A stretch of 63,164 nucleotides of DNA, counting the filler, from Octopus bimaculoides (lineage: Eukaryota), in assembly GCF_001194135.2 (NCBI RefSeq). It is 4 parts of 4 records of this genome, joined end to end, with 100 filler letters (N's around TTAATTAATTAA, not from the genome) between each part and the next. Parts side by side here need not be neighbours in the genome. Positions count along the whole stretch, not along the records: positions 23,895 to 36,191 come from NC_068987.1; positions 36,292 to 53,338 come from NC_068986.1; 2 more parts are not named here. The stretch is one strand, 5' to 3'. Shown one piece after another: positions 23,895 through 36,324 of this stretch (positions are counted from its first letter, which is position 1; each line of letters opens with the position of its first letter). The notes below the pieces were generated by a model. The model was not told the origin of the DNA, searched no databases, and worked only from the letters and a program-made list of their open reading frames with translations. The position numbers were made by a program, and so were the translations under genes.

Positions 23895-25379
23895 TATAAT
23901 AGGACATATAACCCGCTAGAAAGAGCAGCAAAAAACTCTATACCATAAAAATAGGGATAATTTCGAAAGAGAATGAAAAATAAAAACATTTTTACCAGTC
24001 TATACTCTGTACCATGGTTTCAAGCTATTTAGCAAGATAAAAATATATCTAACTCGGGAGTTTTCGTCAACAGAGTTCCGGAGTAGCGTGTAAACGCCGA
24101 GTCATAGGAAAGAACCTGGCTTGAGTTTACATGCTTAATTTCTCAAAAATTATAGACATACAAATATACATGTATCTACGCCCACACACATAGCCACAAA
24201 CATTTTTTCACTCAACAGGATGTATTTTATTAAAACAACTCAAGTGTTTAATTATAACTTCATCATTTTCTTTTTCTTTGGCTTCTTACACTTTTCTTTC
24301 TCTAAGGGAAGAGACCGTGTTGAAATTATTTCTTATTTCTTTCCGTTTTCTTCTTTCCAGCATTAAATCGGTAAAACAGTCATGCATTTGGAGTTGTCTT
24401 CCAAGTGACGTGATCTGAAATTGCGTGTTAAAACAAAAATACTTACTTAATGGGAGAGCCATATAAGTATTTAGTCATATTTTCATAAGCCAAAAGTTCT
24501 TTCTCGTATTAATTTTTTAAAAAGTAATGAGAAGTTGTATATTTTCATTGAATTTTATCAGCTTAACATTCGAATGGCAATTCTAAAATGAGTACAATAT
24601 TAATTCGATTCGTATTTATATCTTAGGTTTTTCTTTCATTTTTCAATATTCGTAACTTTGTTTTCTTTTATGAAATTATATACCTTTTAAGAATGTGGTA
24701 ATGTAAAGCAGACAATTGGACAAGAAATTTTAAAATGCAAATTTGTATAGTGTTTGCTTTTCTATAAAGGCAGTATTATAGAAATAGCTGCGGTATGTTA
24801 CGAAGATGATATCAGACATAATATCACGACAATGATATTGAAATTAAAGCTACCTCTATATGAAAGAATGGAACTTGTTACAATACAATAATGTTCAATA
24901 GGGAGCTACCAGTATTTCAAAGAATCATATTTGATATACGGTTCTGATAATTAAATGAGAACTATTTATATATGAACAAATGAAGTTGAAGGCGCATCAA
25001 TAATTTAGAAATGTGAATAGACTTTATGTGAGAACCAGACTTAATATAACAAAAATATTATATCTGGGTTACATAAATCTATTTCACTTGCTCAAAATAG
25101 CACACAAAGCTCCCTTAAGTTCACCTTACGATCTTTGAAAACAAAAGACACTATTTTAGACTACCTACGCAGTGGGAACTGGGAAGATACGAACAATAAC
25201 ATCAACAAGTAAATTACGCTTCACAACAATTCTCAAAGCCATATAATGATGTTGACCATGCTTTTAGTTACTGAGGAGGTGAGCACTTGATATCATATCC
25301 ATTATCTCAATGAGAACATGTCATAGACCAAATCATCGCATATAATGTAATAACTATAAAACGAGATACCTGAATAATT

Positions 25380-25810
25380 AATGGCTTCAAACCAGCAGTT
25401 TTAAAGGGAGAGGTTGTGCCAGTTACACTGTCCCTAGTGCTCAACTGGTACTTATTTTATCGATTCTGAATGGATTAAAGACATTGTCAATCTCAGCGAC
25501 ATTTGAATGCAGGACGCAAAGCTGTGGTAGAAATGCCGTTACACGTTTTATCCGGTGTGCTTAACGATTTTCCCAGTTCGAAGTCTTCCTCTGAATAAAA
25601 AATCCTTTCTTATTTTGGCTCAAGCCCAGCAAATGTGAATTGCAGTGAAACTAATTACATCGACCCCGGTTCTCAACTGGTACTTATTTAATCGGCCCAA
25701 AATGATGAAAAGTAAATTTGATCTCCGCGTTATTTGAACGTCAGAATGTAGACAGACGAAATGCCGCGAAGCATTTTCTTCGGCGTGCTTAACGCTTGTG
25801 CCAGTTCACC
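25380..25810 (-). mobile_element. Two tandem copies of SINE family B
   Basis: Each minus-strand copy has GAACTGG(C/G)A..CGTTAAGCAC.CCG...GCGGCATTTC...TTCAAAT...ATAAGTACCAGTTGAG. Copies at about 25380-25580 and 25601-25810. Confidence 0.82.
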
Positions 25811-25846
25811 ACTTTCATCTGAATAAATAATTAAGAAGGAAATATT

Positions 25847-26158
25847 GGGTTCAGTCCCACTGTGTGTCACCTTGGGCAAGTTTCTTCTAAGAAGCCCGTC
25901 GTGTGTGTGTGTGTGTGTGTGTGTGTATTTGCGTGCGTGCGTGTGTGTCCCACACCACTGCTTGACAACCGATGTTAGTGTGTTTACATCCACGTAACGT
26001 AGTGGCTCGGCATAAGAGACCTATAGAATAAGTACCAGGTTAACAAAGAATAAATCCTGGGGGTCCCTTTCTTCAAATAAAAAGCATTTTAAGGTGGTGC
26101 TCCAGCATAACCGTAGTCAAATTACTGAAACATGTAAAACAATAAAGAGAATAAAAGA
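25847..26158 (+). mobile_element. SINE family A, internally deleted
   Basis: GGGTTCAGTCCCACTGTGTGTCACCTTGGGCAAG joined to AGAAGCCCGTCG(TG)n and the family tail. Confidence 0.85.
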
Positions 26159-27866
26159 GTTAGTACAGTGGTTAAGGAAGCAATATACAGGTTGTCATTG
26201 CGTTTCATTTCTATCCCAAATTGGTGTATATAACATCGCAGTACACGCACATACGCAGGTGGTTGTGGAAGGCAATTCGCGTCCGATATACGACAACACT
26301 TCTTAATGATCAGCAGTGACATGGGTCTCAGGAGAACCAGCACTACTCCTACTAAGCTACGCTTATCATGTACGTGCTATCTGTTACACACATACATACA
26401 CACACACACACGTACAAACACACGCATCCATCCATACATACATACATACATACATACATACATACATACATACATACGTACGTACGTACGTACATGATGG
26501 ATGCCACTGGATTTCGAGCAGCATTACGGCTTTAGTGTTCTCTCAAATATGAGTAGCATGAATGTAGCTTTCTTACCTTTTAGGTACCTACACTCTTTTG
26601 CACAGTTGTTGCAACATGTAGTGCTATTCAGAGAGCTTATCACACGCGCTGCCACATGACTCCCTTCCATCATAGCATTTTGCATTAAGTGTCATTCTTT
26701 TTCGGCTAAGTTGAAACATAGCATGCAACACATAGATGATATGGTAACAGAAATATTAAAAGCCATGCAAAGCATGTTCTCGAAGCTGTTAGATTGAGGA
26801 AATGCCTAGCACAGGGACAATGCTGCCCATTTAACAACGTATGCATTTGCTTCCAAAGAAGATGTGTTATGTTACATCGGAGTTTTTCTTCAAGAAAAAT
26901 GTCTAAATAAAGACTGGGGTTCCTTCCTCTCACAGATACATAGCACATATTAGCGAAAACCGAATCTAAGTTGGTTTGGATCGATAAGATTTGTATTAAT
27001 TGCACTCGCAGTCGATGGAATAGCTGTCTCTGCAGCAGCAATCCTACAATCACTGCCAAGCCCAAGTCTCAGTAGCACATTACCAAAAATCTCTGCTGCA
27101 CGTTTTCCAACATTATATAGTGAATCATATCGTTGCCTTGCCGATCACTTTCGCAAATACATTCGAAACAAGCTACACTGTATGATAGGCCAACCCACTG
27201 ATACCCACTTCAACTCAAACTGGTATCCCCTCTTCCATTTATCAATGTATGACATTTCTGCACATTATGGACTTGTGCACTTAAAGTTACGAAAGGAAAA
27301 AAACGCTTCCTATTCCAACTTAAACCATGGTATTGACGGGTTTAAATAAACGTTTATTTTCTACTCCTTTATACTTTCATAATATAATGGTCACTACATT
27401 CATTAACTCCACTCGACCTTATCGCATTCGTTGACAGCCGTGGTTCATGGATTCTAGAATAGGTCGTTCACTGCCTTGTATTCATCCTACCAGTTACTTG
27501 GATCAACACAAAACGTTCAACTACATGTATATAGACATCTGAACCGAACTGTTATTATACTATGGCTTGATTAGGAAAAGGAATATATTTCAAATTTTAA
27601 TAATATTGTTCTAAACTGTATAAAACATACAGGAAAAAACCATCAGAAGAGTCTAGGTTATTTATTCAGATCTCTGAAATTTATTCATGCCAAAATAGGT
27701 GATAAACATAATGCCATAGCTTACACACGCGTACACTTTCTTCCATACATATATCGCTGCTCACACAGATGTATACCACACGTGTTTATTTATGTTTGAG
27801 AATGTATATGTGTGTATGTATGAATCTGTGCGTGAGCATGCATAACTATATATAAATATACGTGTC

Positions 27867-27906
<40 letters not shown>

Positions 27907-28646
27907 NNNNNNNNNNNNNNNNNNNNNNNNNNNNNNNNNNNNNNNNNNNNNNNNNNNNNNNNNNNNNNNNNNNNNNNNNNNNNNNNNNNNNNNNNNNNNN
28001 NNNNNNNNNNNNNNNNNNNNNNNNNNNNNNNNNNNNNNNNNNNNNNNNNNNNNNNNNNNNNNNNNNNNNNNNNNNNNNNNNNNNNNNNNNNNNNNNNNNN
28101 NNNNNNNNNNNNNNNNNNNNNNNNNNNNNNNNNNNNNNNNNNNNNNNNNNNNNNNNNNNNNNNNNNNNNNNNNNNNNNNNNNNNNNNNNNNNNNNNNNNN
28201 NNNNNNNNNNNNNNNNNNNNNNNNNNNNNNNNNNNNNNNNNNNNNNNNNNNNNNNNNNNNNNNNNNNNNNNNNNNNNNNNNNNNNNNNNNNNNNNNNNNN
28301 NNNNNNNNNNNNNNNNNNNNNNNNNNNNNNNNNNNNNNNNNNNNNNNNNNNNNNNNNNNNNNNNNNNNNNNNNNNNNNNNNNNNNNNNNNNNNNNNNNNN
28401 NNNNNNNNNNNNNNNNNNNNNNNNNNNNNNNNNNNNNNNNNNNNNNNNNNNNNNNNNNNNNNNNNNNNNNNNNNNNNNNNNNNNNNNNNNNNNNNNNNNN
28501 NNNNNNNNNNNNNNNNNNNNNNNNNNNNNNNNNNNNNNNNNNNNNNNNNNNNNNNNNNNNNNNNNNNNNNNNNNNNNNNNNNCATATATTAAAATCCAAG
28601 CATAAACATGTGTGCGCGTGTGTGTGTCTATGTGTGTTTGTGTGTT

Positions 28647-28698
<52 letters not shown>

Positions 28699-29920
28699 CG
28701 TAGGCGAAAATATGGGGAAGAGTGTTGCCTTATCCATTTCTAATCTCTCAACAATGTTCACTTAGATAAAATGTCCCAAACAACTGTAATGACTGTGACT
28801 GGATTATGTTTTTAAATCATAATTCTTGGACTTTTCTGTAAGTTTAAGTAATCTTTTACGAAATGCCGGTAAGCTGTGTGTATAAAAGGATGTAAATCAG
28901 TGCATTAAAAGTATGTAAATCAGCCCTTAATAGCCGACAAGATTGCGTGAAGGCTAATGTATCTAAATCCACTATTCTGCTTCATCATAAATTATGATGC
29001 CCCTTTTTACCGATTATAATCCCACTTTTTTCGTCATATTAAACTCACATAACTTTTATACGAAGAATTCTGGAAAAGAACCCGCGAAATTTGAATACAT
29101 TCTCGCTTCCACCGTACCTCACATACCCAGTGTGTTTATTCCCACCATGCAGACTTGAAGATGCAACCAAATTAGATGTATTTATATACAGACTTTTTCC
29201 CTGATTTTACGTCAACAGTCTGCTGCAAGATAACAATAGTTCCAATAAAAGAACAATAGTGCTATTATTACATCTATTCTAACAATAGAGAGTCAATTAA
29301 TTATGTTGATTAAACGCGATGTATTTAGATAATTATCTTCATATCATATCAGGACCACAGAAAAGGATAGTTAAACAAGCACGTAGAAATAATTTGGAAT
29401 TCAGTTCTTTTTATTGTTTCATTTCATATTTAGATACCATATTTGCCGGCGTACATACAATACGCGCTTCATTTATTTTTAGAAATATCAAAACATTGCT
29501 CTGTTTCTAATGCAGAAGTGTTGCGAATAGGAGACCGAGTGTCATCAGCAAGTGAGCTGGATGATCATGTCTCCTAGGTATATTAAAGGTTACTAAAGAT
29601 AAAAATAGTAAAAAATTACCAAACTGTCTGTTACCAAAAACTTAGGAACAACAGCTTAAAGTTCATCAGCTGCTATGTGAGAATGTTACATCATCTCATT
29701 ATACTTCTTTGTCCTGTATAGATAATCAGCAAGTGATCTATATGTTACATTATTTACTGACTGTGTTACAGTTAAGACACATTTCTTAATTATCTAAATT
29801 AAGAAATATCCTAGTTAGATGAATAGAATGTATTTGCGGTGATGCGCCACTCTGGTGATCAAAAGCGGTTTCATAAAACATCACAGCCAGAAATACCAGG
29901 TTTTGCAATATAAACAACTA

Positions 29921-30114
29921 CAGCTGTGGCCAAAAATTTGGAACGTAGGTATGAATATTGGAATTTTTATATTAAATGCCCTATGTTATATTTAATTTGC
30001 AGTATATTATTACTAGGTCAAAAGTTTGAAACAGATCTGAATATTAGAATTTTCAAATTGTACTCATGCATAACAATTTTTTAAAACAATGTTCCAAACT
30101 TTTCGCCACGACTG
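29921..30114. mobile_element. Tc1-like MITE
   Basis: TA TSDs at 29919-29920 and 30115-30116. TIRs CAGCTGTGGCCAAAAATTTGGAAC / CAGTCGTGGCGAAAAGTTTGGAAC (20/24), with an internal direct-repeat-like copy at about 30015-30053. Confidence 0.85.
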
Positions 30115-30892
30115 TATACAGTAAGTCTCAACGAAAAGATTTCTGAGATACTATAGGCCCATAAAATAGCTTATTTATGATGAATTTATTTTTTCATACT
30201 ATAATCGAGTCACAATTCAACATGGAGAGAATCATGTATTTCTCAAATAAAACCACTTTAAAATATTTTCAGTAAGTGTATGACGAACCATACTGAATTT
30301 GTTTTTCTATGAAGGAAATTTGTAAAATACAGGTGTGTCTTATGCGCAAGTGGATCTCATACGCCGGTATATTTGCGGTATATAAATTCTCCATCAACAG
30401 CCTTTTCTTTAATATCAGCCATCTTTCGTGCGTTCGTTGTCTATGTATTTTTGAGTGTGTGATTTTCTGCATGTGTGTTTATGTCTATGTATCGAAATGG
30501 CAAGTTAGTCACTAACAAGTTGTATTCCAGTGTTGTTTACAGAACTAATGTCTGTGGGTACTTATAGCTACAAACATCATTGAGTAAGTGAAAGCCTGTC
30601 ACTAAAATGGTTGAATCACTAAAATCAATACATCATATGCAATTTGAGAATTGGTTCATCCTTTTCTTTCCTAAGGAAGGAAAGCACGTGAAAATATTTT
30701 CGTTTTCTTAAATTATCTTTATAAACAAGTGATTCTTAACGTCATATTCTTAATATTTCATATTTCATATTTTTTTTACTTCAATAGATTGTTTGTTGCT
30801 ATACTCTGTAAGTCTTCGATATAAAATCATTGATCAATAGACAAGCAGAATTATGTATAAGCAGTATATCTCATTAATCGTATTCGTTTCAA

Positions 30893-30935
<43 letters not shown>

Positions 30936-31489
30936 ATAAGAGTTCGTCAAAAGGCAAAGAATACATACAGACTAACTAGCAGACTAGTGTTCAGACAAGA
31001 TCGAGTACCTAAAATCCAACATCAAATGATGAGCGACGAAATCCAGATAAACAAGACTTAGGTATAGGAAATTCAGCGGCCGAGCTAAAGAAAATAACGA
31101 TAAATAAACGAAGGACTGTAGTTATCTATTACATCAAAGCATTTGTAAATATGTTATGCAAAAGTGTATATAATTAAGCAGAAAGCAGGAAGATAGTCGA
31201 AATTGATTCTTCATAAGTAGGTAGATATCGAAATATTTCATACGCAAAAATCACAGAGAAAAGAGAACATTCCAGGTAGTTTAAATGATTTGCTGACAAA
31301 AAAAAAAGTAATAATAATGATCTTCATCGCGCATACATATATATGTATACGATTGGCATTAACAAGTGCATATGATGTATCATAATTTAAGCGATAATTA
31401 CGATGTAACCTACTTTGAATGTGTATACACACATAAAGGAGTATGTGTGTATACATCAGACTATATATATTGATGTGATTCAGGAAGTG

Positions 31490-31506
31490 TGTTACTATTA
31501 CTATTA

Positions 31507-31579
<73 letters not shown>

Positions 31580-31720
31580 TTTCAAATTCCACCGAGGTTG
31601 ACTTTCATCCCTATGTGGATGATAATATAAGTGGCAGTTGAACACCGGGGTCGACGTAATTGACTCATCGCCACCTTCCTCAAGCTGTCCTTGCGGCAAA
31701 AATTTGAAATAATGATAATT
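31490..31720 (+). repeat. (TAT)n microsatellite followed by a 5'-truncated SINE family B
   Basis: About 25 TAT units, then TTCAAATTCCACCGAGGTTGACTTT...GGGGTCGACGTAATTGACT. Confidence 0.8.
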
Positions 31721-32114
31721 ATTATTATTCTCATAGTTGTTGCTGTTGTTGTTGTTGTCGTTGTTGTTTTACTCCTCAGAGCGCTCGGACTTCTTTATTG
31801 TGGTTGATTCCTCGAGAGTGGGCAGCAGCCTGCTGTCAGAGATTTCACAGGGTCTCTTTCCGCACATTATAAGCTTTGATATTTGGTTGTTAATTATCGT
31901 GAAAGACATTGAACGTCCAAGTACCAAACTCAAAATCTCAGCAGAGCAGTTTTTTGGCTTTGCTCTCCTCTCATGTCAATTCCGATTTTTCTGACGTATT
32001 TTTCCAAATTGTTTGTTAGTGTTCCGAGTGAACCCACCCAAGAAGCAGTATTTGTTTCAACATACGAATTTCCGTCAAGAACCTTGCAAGCCAAATGCAA
32101 AAACGTAGTATATA

Positions 32115-32275
32115 TGGCTGTGTGGTAAGTAGCTTGCTTACCAACCACATGATTCCGGGTTCATTCCCACTGCGTGGCACCTTGGGCAAGTGTCTTCAAC
32201 TATAGCCTCGGGCCGACCAGAGCCTTATAAGTGCATGTGGTAGACGGAAACTGAAAGAAGCCCGTCGTATATATG

Positions 32276-32306
<31 letters not shown>

Positions 32307-32513
32307 TTGTGTGTCTGTGTTTGTCCCCCCACCATCGCTTGACAACCGATGCTGTGTATTTACGTGCCCGTAACTTAGCGGTTCGGCAAAAAGAGACCAA
32401 TAGAATAAGTACTAGGCTTACAAAGAATAAGTCCTGGGGTCGATTTTCTCGACTAAAGGCGGTGCTCCAGCATGGCCGCAGTCAAATGACTGAAACAAAA
32501 GAATAATAGAGTA
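32115..32513 (+). mobile_element. SINE family A, full length
   Basis: Near-identical organisation to 21133-21522. Confidence 0.92.
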
Positions 32514-32684
32514 NNNNNNNNNNNNNNNNNNNNNNNNNNNNNNNNNNNNNNNNNNNNNNNNNNNNNNNNNNNNNNNNNNNNNNNNNNNNNNNNNNNNNNN
32601 NNNNNNNNNNNTATATATATATAGTAGTGCAATTTTCTGTATGTTATATATATTTGTAAGTCCTATTATTATTATTATTATATA

Positions 32685-32872
32685 TATATATAACATACAG
32701 AAAATTGCACTACTGGGCACAGTACACATCCTACGCAAAACACTTTCAATACAGTAACCATAAGAGCACCACAGCAAACCACAGCACATACCCAAGGCGC
32801 ACAGAGCTGCGCTCGGTAGTGAAGTGAAAGCACGTTAGAAAAATAAAACGACTGAACAATAATAATAATAAT
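32685..32872 (+). mobile_element. 3' end of an R4/Dong-clade non-LTR retrotransposon
   Basis: Encodes NIQKIALLGTVHILRKTLSIQ* (QKxxLLGTxxILR C-terminal motif of R4-clade elements), then a short 3' UTR and (AAT)n. Confidence 0.75.
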
Positions 32873-33326
32873 TTGGCCTTTTCGTCTATGCAGACGGTCA
32901 ATTTAGCTTCGAGGCCACTTAATCGAACATATCAGGGGCTCCCTTTCCTGCAGCTTCTTTCATGGCTGATTCTTCCTATGATTGAAGTGCAGTTTCTGTC
33001 ACAGTTCTTGCATACCAAGAGGGTGGCTCGGCGCTCTGCCTTTCTGTTGGTTTCCTATCGCCGCTGACGCTTCTCAACTTGTTCCTTTCTGTAGCTGCTC
33101 TTTAGCGTAGCTGTTCCTTCCTTCATCACAGTCCTCCATGTTGTTCTGTCATCAGCCCTCTCCTCCCAAGTGTTGACATCCACCTCACACTTGGACAAAC
33201 TAGTTTTGCAAGTGTCCTTATACCTCAGTTTTGGTCTTCCTCTTGGTCTCTTGCCCTGGGCCAGTTCTCCATAGAGCAGTTGCTTCGGGATTCGATGGTC
33301 ATCCATTCTCCTGACATGCCCTGACA
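32858..33326 (-). mobile_element. 3' end of an RTE/BovB-like LINE, 5'-truncated
   Basis: GHVRRMDDHRIPKQLLYGELAQGKRPRGRPKLRYKDTCK...WEERADDRTTWR is a typical RTE C-terminus. Ends ...CGTCTGCATAGACGAAAAGGCCAA(ATT)n. Confidence 0.9.
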
Positions 33327-34955
33327 TGTATGTGTGTGTGTGAATGTGTGTTCCTATGAATATATATATATATGAACACACATTCACACACATAATAAAA
33401 TATGGATAGGTATATTTTTTCGAACATCTAAATGCTTGTCACTTATTGCAGCAAAACCGAATGTCGGTTTGTTTACGTTCTCATATCATAGCATTCTGCA
33501 AAATGGAAACATGCACTAAATTAAAATAGAAGAAGCAATTTTATCAACTCCACGTTTAAGTACAGTGCTCCATCTTGACAACACATACACACATGTACAG
33601 AGGGGAAGAGAAAAAGGAGAGGGGAAGAGAAAAAGGAGGAGAGGGGAAGAGAAAAAGGATCAGAGGGTAAAGAAGTGCCCGATAGACCAAGTTGGCACGA
33701 TAGCACATTGCATGGTTCTATATTGCCTTGGGTCTCGTTCTAAATGCGTCCAGGCTAATAATTCCAGTAGTTTTTCTCCCCGTTCTATTGCTTAAGGTGT
33801 TTAATGGTGTCCGACTATGCAGAGTTCTTGCAAAATCCGATACACTTTAAATTCAACAAATTACAATAAACAAATTGAATGTTATGAGTAAATGAGCAGG
33901 TCTCACTCTATTGTTGACGGATACGAATTAATTAACTTGCCGTTCTCTTTCGTTATGCAATAATTAACTGTAATTATTATTTTTCTCATAAATAACATCA
34001 GTTAAACAAGTTAGTTTATTCGTACTATTTTATATATACTCTCATTTTACACATTCTCATTAAATCAAATCGTGATTTTTAAATAGGTATGAAGCACTTT
34101 ATTGAGTACATTATCTGTTTTAAATGTTAGACGCTAAGCAAATCTATACACAGGAGCCGTTTATATTTTTTCATAATTTGAGGTGTGTTTTGCAGTAGCC
34201 ATTTTTGTTTTAATTTGCCTTCGTCCAAGTGTTTACAACTGAGTTATTGAGCTATGAAATACCTCACTTCGATCGTAGACGTACCATTTTACTAGTGGGT
34301 ATGTTGAATTGTACTTGTTCACTTGTGTTTGTAAATATTTTGGATGAAATATATGAAATAGATGTGGGTTTAGTGAAGGAAAGCAATGTACCAACGTTAA
34401 GAATTGGAGTTCATCAAAGTGAACGTTTAAAGTGAAACTAATATATTATGAAACTGATTAAATACGATGATGTAAACAGGTCTTCTTGAAATTAAACATG
34501 AAATAAGTTTATAGTTGATGTAAATGGAAACATTGATTGTTTCACTAAAACTCTTTGTTTTATCTGTAGTTGTATAATGGACAGAGTATTGAAAAGTAGG
34601 AATTTGGTTTGAGTTTATCAAAACACAAACATGAGCATTTGCCCGTACTCTTACGCACTATGTACCCAATCTGACAAGTGCACAGACACTAAAAATGGTG
34701 GATCTGTCGAGTCCAGTATAGTTAAAAATTTATTTCGGCTGTGAAAACCTGCAGTTGAATTGGACAAAAGCACACACAGATGACACACAATTATATACAA
34801 AACGTAAATTGCTATAATAATTACATAATAAAAATCATACATATATACATGCATATGTACATACCCAATGGCAATCTTTATATTCTACTTAACGTGAATA
34901 TATAATTAGACAGCCGAAAAGAGTGGCATTCTTCTTGAGAAATCTCATATATATA

Positions 34956-35178
34956 TTTCTTCATTGCCCACAAGGGGCTAAACATAGAGGAGACAAACAA
35001 GGACAGACAAAGGGATTAAGTCGATTGCATCCAACCCAGGGTGTAACTGGTACTTAATTTATCGACCCCGTAAGGATAATAGGCAAAGTCGACATCGGCG
35101 GAATTTGAACTCAGAACGTTACAGCAGGCGAAATACCGCTAAGCATTTCGCCCGGCGCGTTAACATTTCTGCCAACAT
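34956..35178 (-). mobile_element. SINE family B, full length
   Basis: Minus strand GGCAGAAATGTTAACGCGCCGGGCGAAATGCTTAGCGG...GAGTTCAAATTCCGCCGATGTCGAC...AAGTACCAGTTAC...GCCCCTTGTGGGCAATGAAGAAA. Confidence 0.9.
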
Positions 35179-35564
35179 ATAGTCGAACGGTGCCAAGAGC
35201 ACGCATATATATCGTAGCAGAAGAGAACTCTTTGGCAAGGGTGCGGAAAAGCAAGAGGACGTAATTTCAGCCTAGTGCGCATGGCAGGGGTCTAAATGCC
35301 GCATATCAACTAAATTCAAGTCTAAATTCCACAACGTTACATAGTATAAAAGCTCATGAAGGATCCTTTTTCTGTATTAACTTGCTCTATTTTCCATTTT
35401 TTTCCCGTTGTTTATGTATTTCACTCCTTTTTTCCCTCGTTTGTTTACGCATTTCATGTTATTTGCACCGTTGGTGACGTCCTGTATACATATACGTATG
35501 TGTATATATATATNNNNNNNNNNATCATTTATTATTTAATTGAACGCGACGCATCCATTTCTAA

Positions 35565-35600
<36 letters not shown>

Positions 35601-36191
35601 TTTCAATGCGAAACTAGACCATTCCTGTAAGCTGAGAGTTGCGTCATTAGGTATCTGACATTGAAGATAGATAATTAGTTAATTAGTTATATATGCATCT
35701 ATCAGTCCCCAGAGTGTGCTTTAAAATGACAATGATGTTTCTTGCACTTTTCTACCACGGTAAACTGTGCTGAAATATCCCAACCATATCTGAACTGACC
35801 TAAAGCTTGCGACCGGTCTCTCCTTCACACATCCCCGTTCAAACATCCATCAGTTCATCGATCCACCCATCAATCAATCAATCAATTGATCGATCAATCA
35901 ATCAGTCTCTCGATTTATGTGTGCGCGTGTGTGTGTGAATGTGTGTGCGTGCGCGCGTATATGCATGCATGCGTGCCTGTCTGTTTATATAAATAGAATC
36001 ACATGCGTATGTACTTCATTCCTCCATAGCAACGTGCAAATGTACATGTGAATGAGAATGAAACAAAATGGACAATCTTAAAACGTACGGGTTTAAAAAA
36101 TTATACACCGTGTATATCCTGATTTGTTTATGCCCATATATGTACACATCCAATAATATATATGTATGTATATATATATATATATATATAT

Positions 36192-36291
36192 NNNNNNNNN
36201 NNNNNNNNNNNNNNNNNNNNNNNNNNNNNNNNNNNTTAATTAATTAANNNNNNNNNNNNNNNNNNNNNNNNNNNNNNNNNNNNNNNNNNNN
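36192..36291. other. Artificial scaffold-join linker 2
   Basis: 44 N + TTAATTAATTAA (36236-36247) + 44 N. Confidence 0.95.

Positions 36292-36324
<33 letters not shown>

Noticed and set aside
26706-27065. 119-aa minus-strand ORF in non-microsatellite sequence
   Set aside because: I recognise no domain or convincing exon boundaries.
27790-28761. Longest ORFs in the track (323 aa here, 334 aa at 51294)
   Set aside because: They are mostly X from N gaps plus microsatellite.
29880-29890. ATCACAGCCAG, matching the 5' part of miR-2 family microRNAs
   Set aside because: Only 11 nt match. The rest of the mature sequence and a precursor hairpin are absent.
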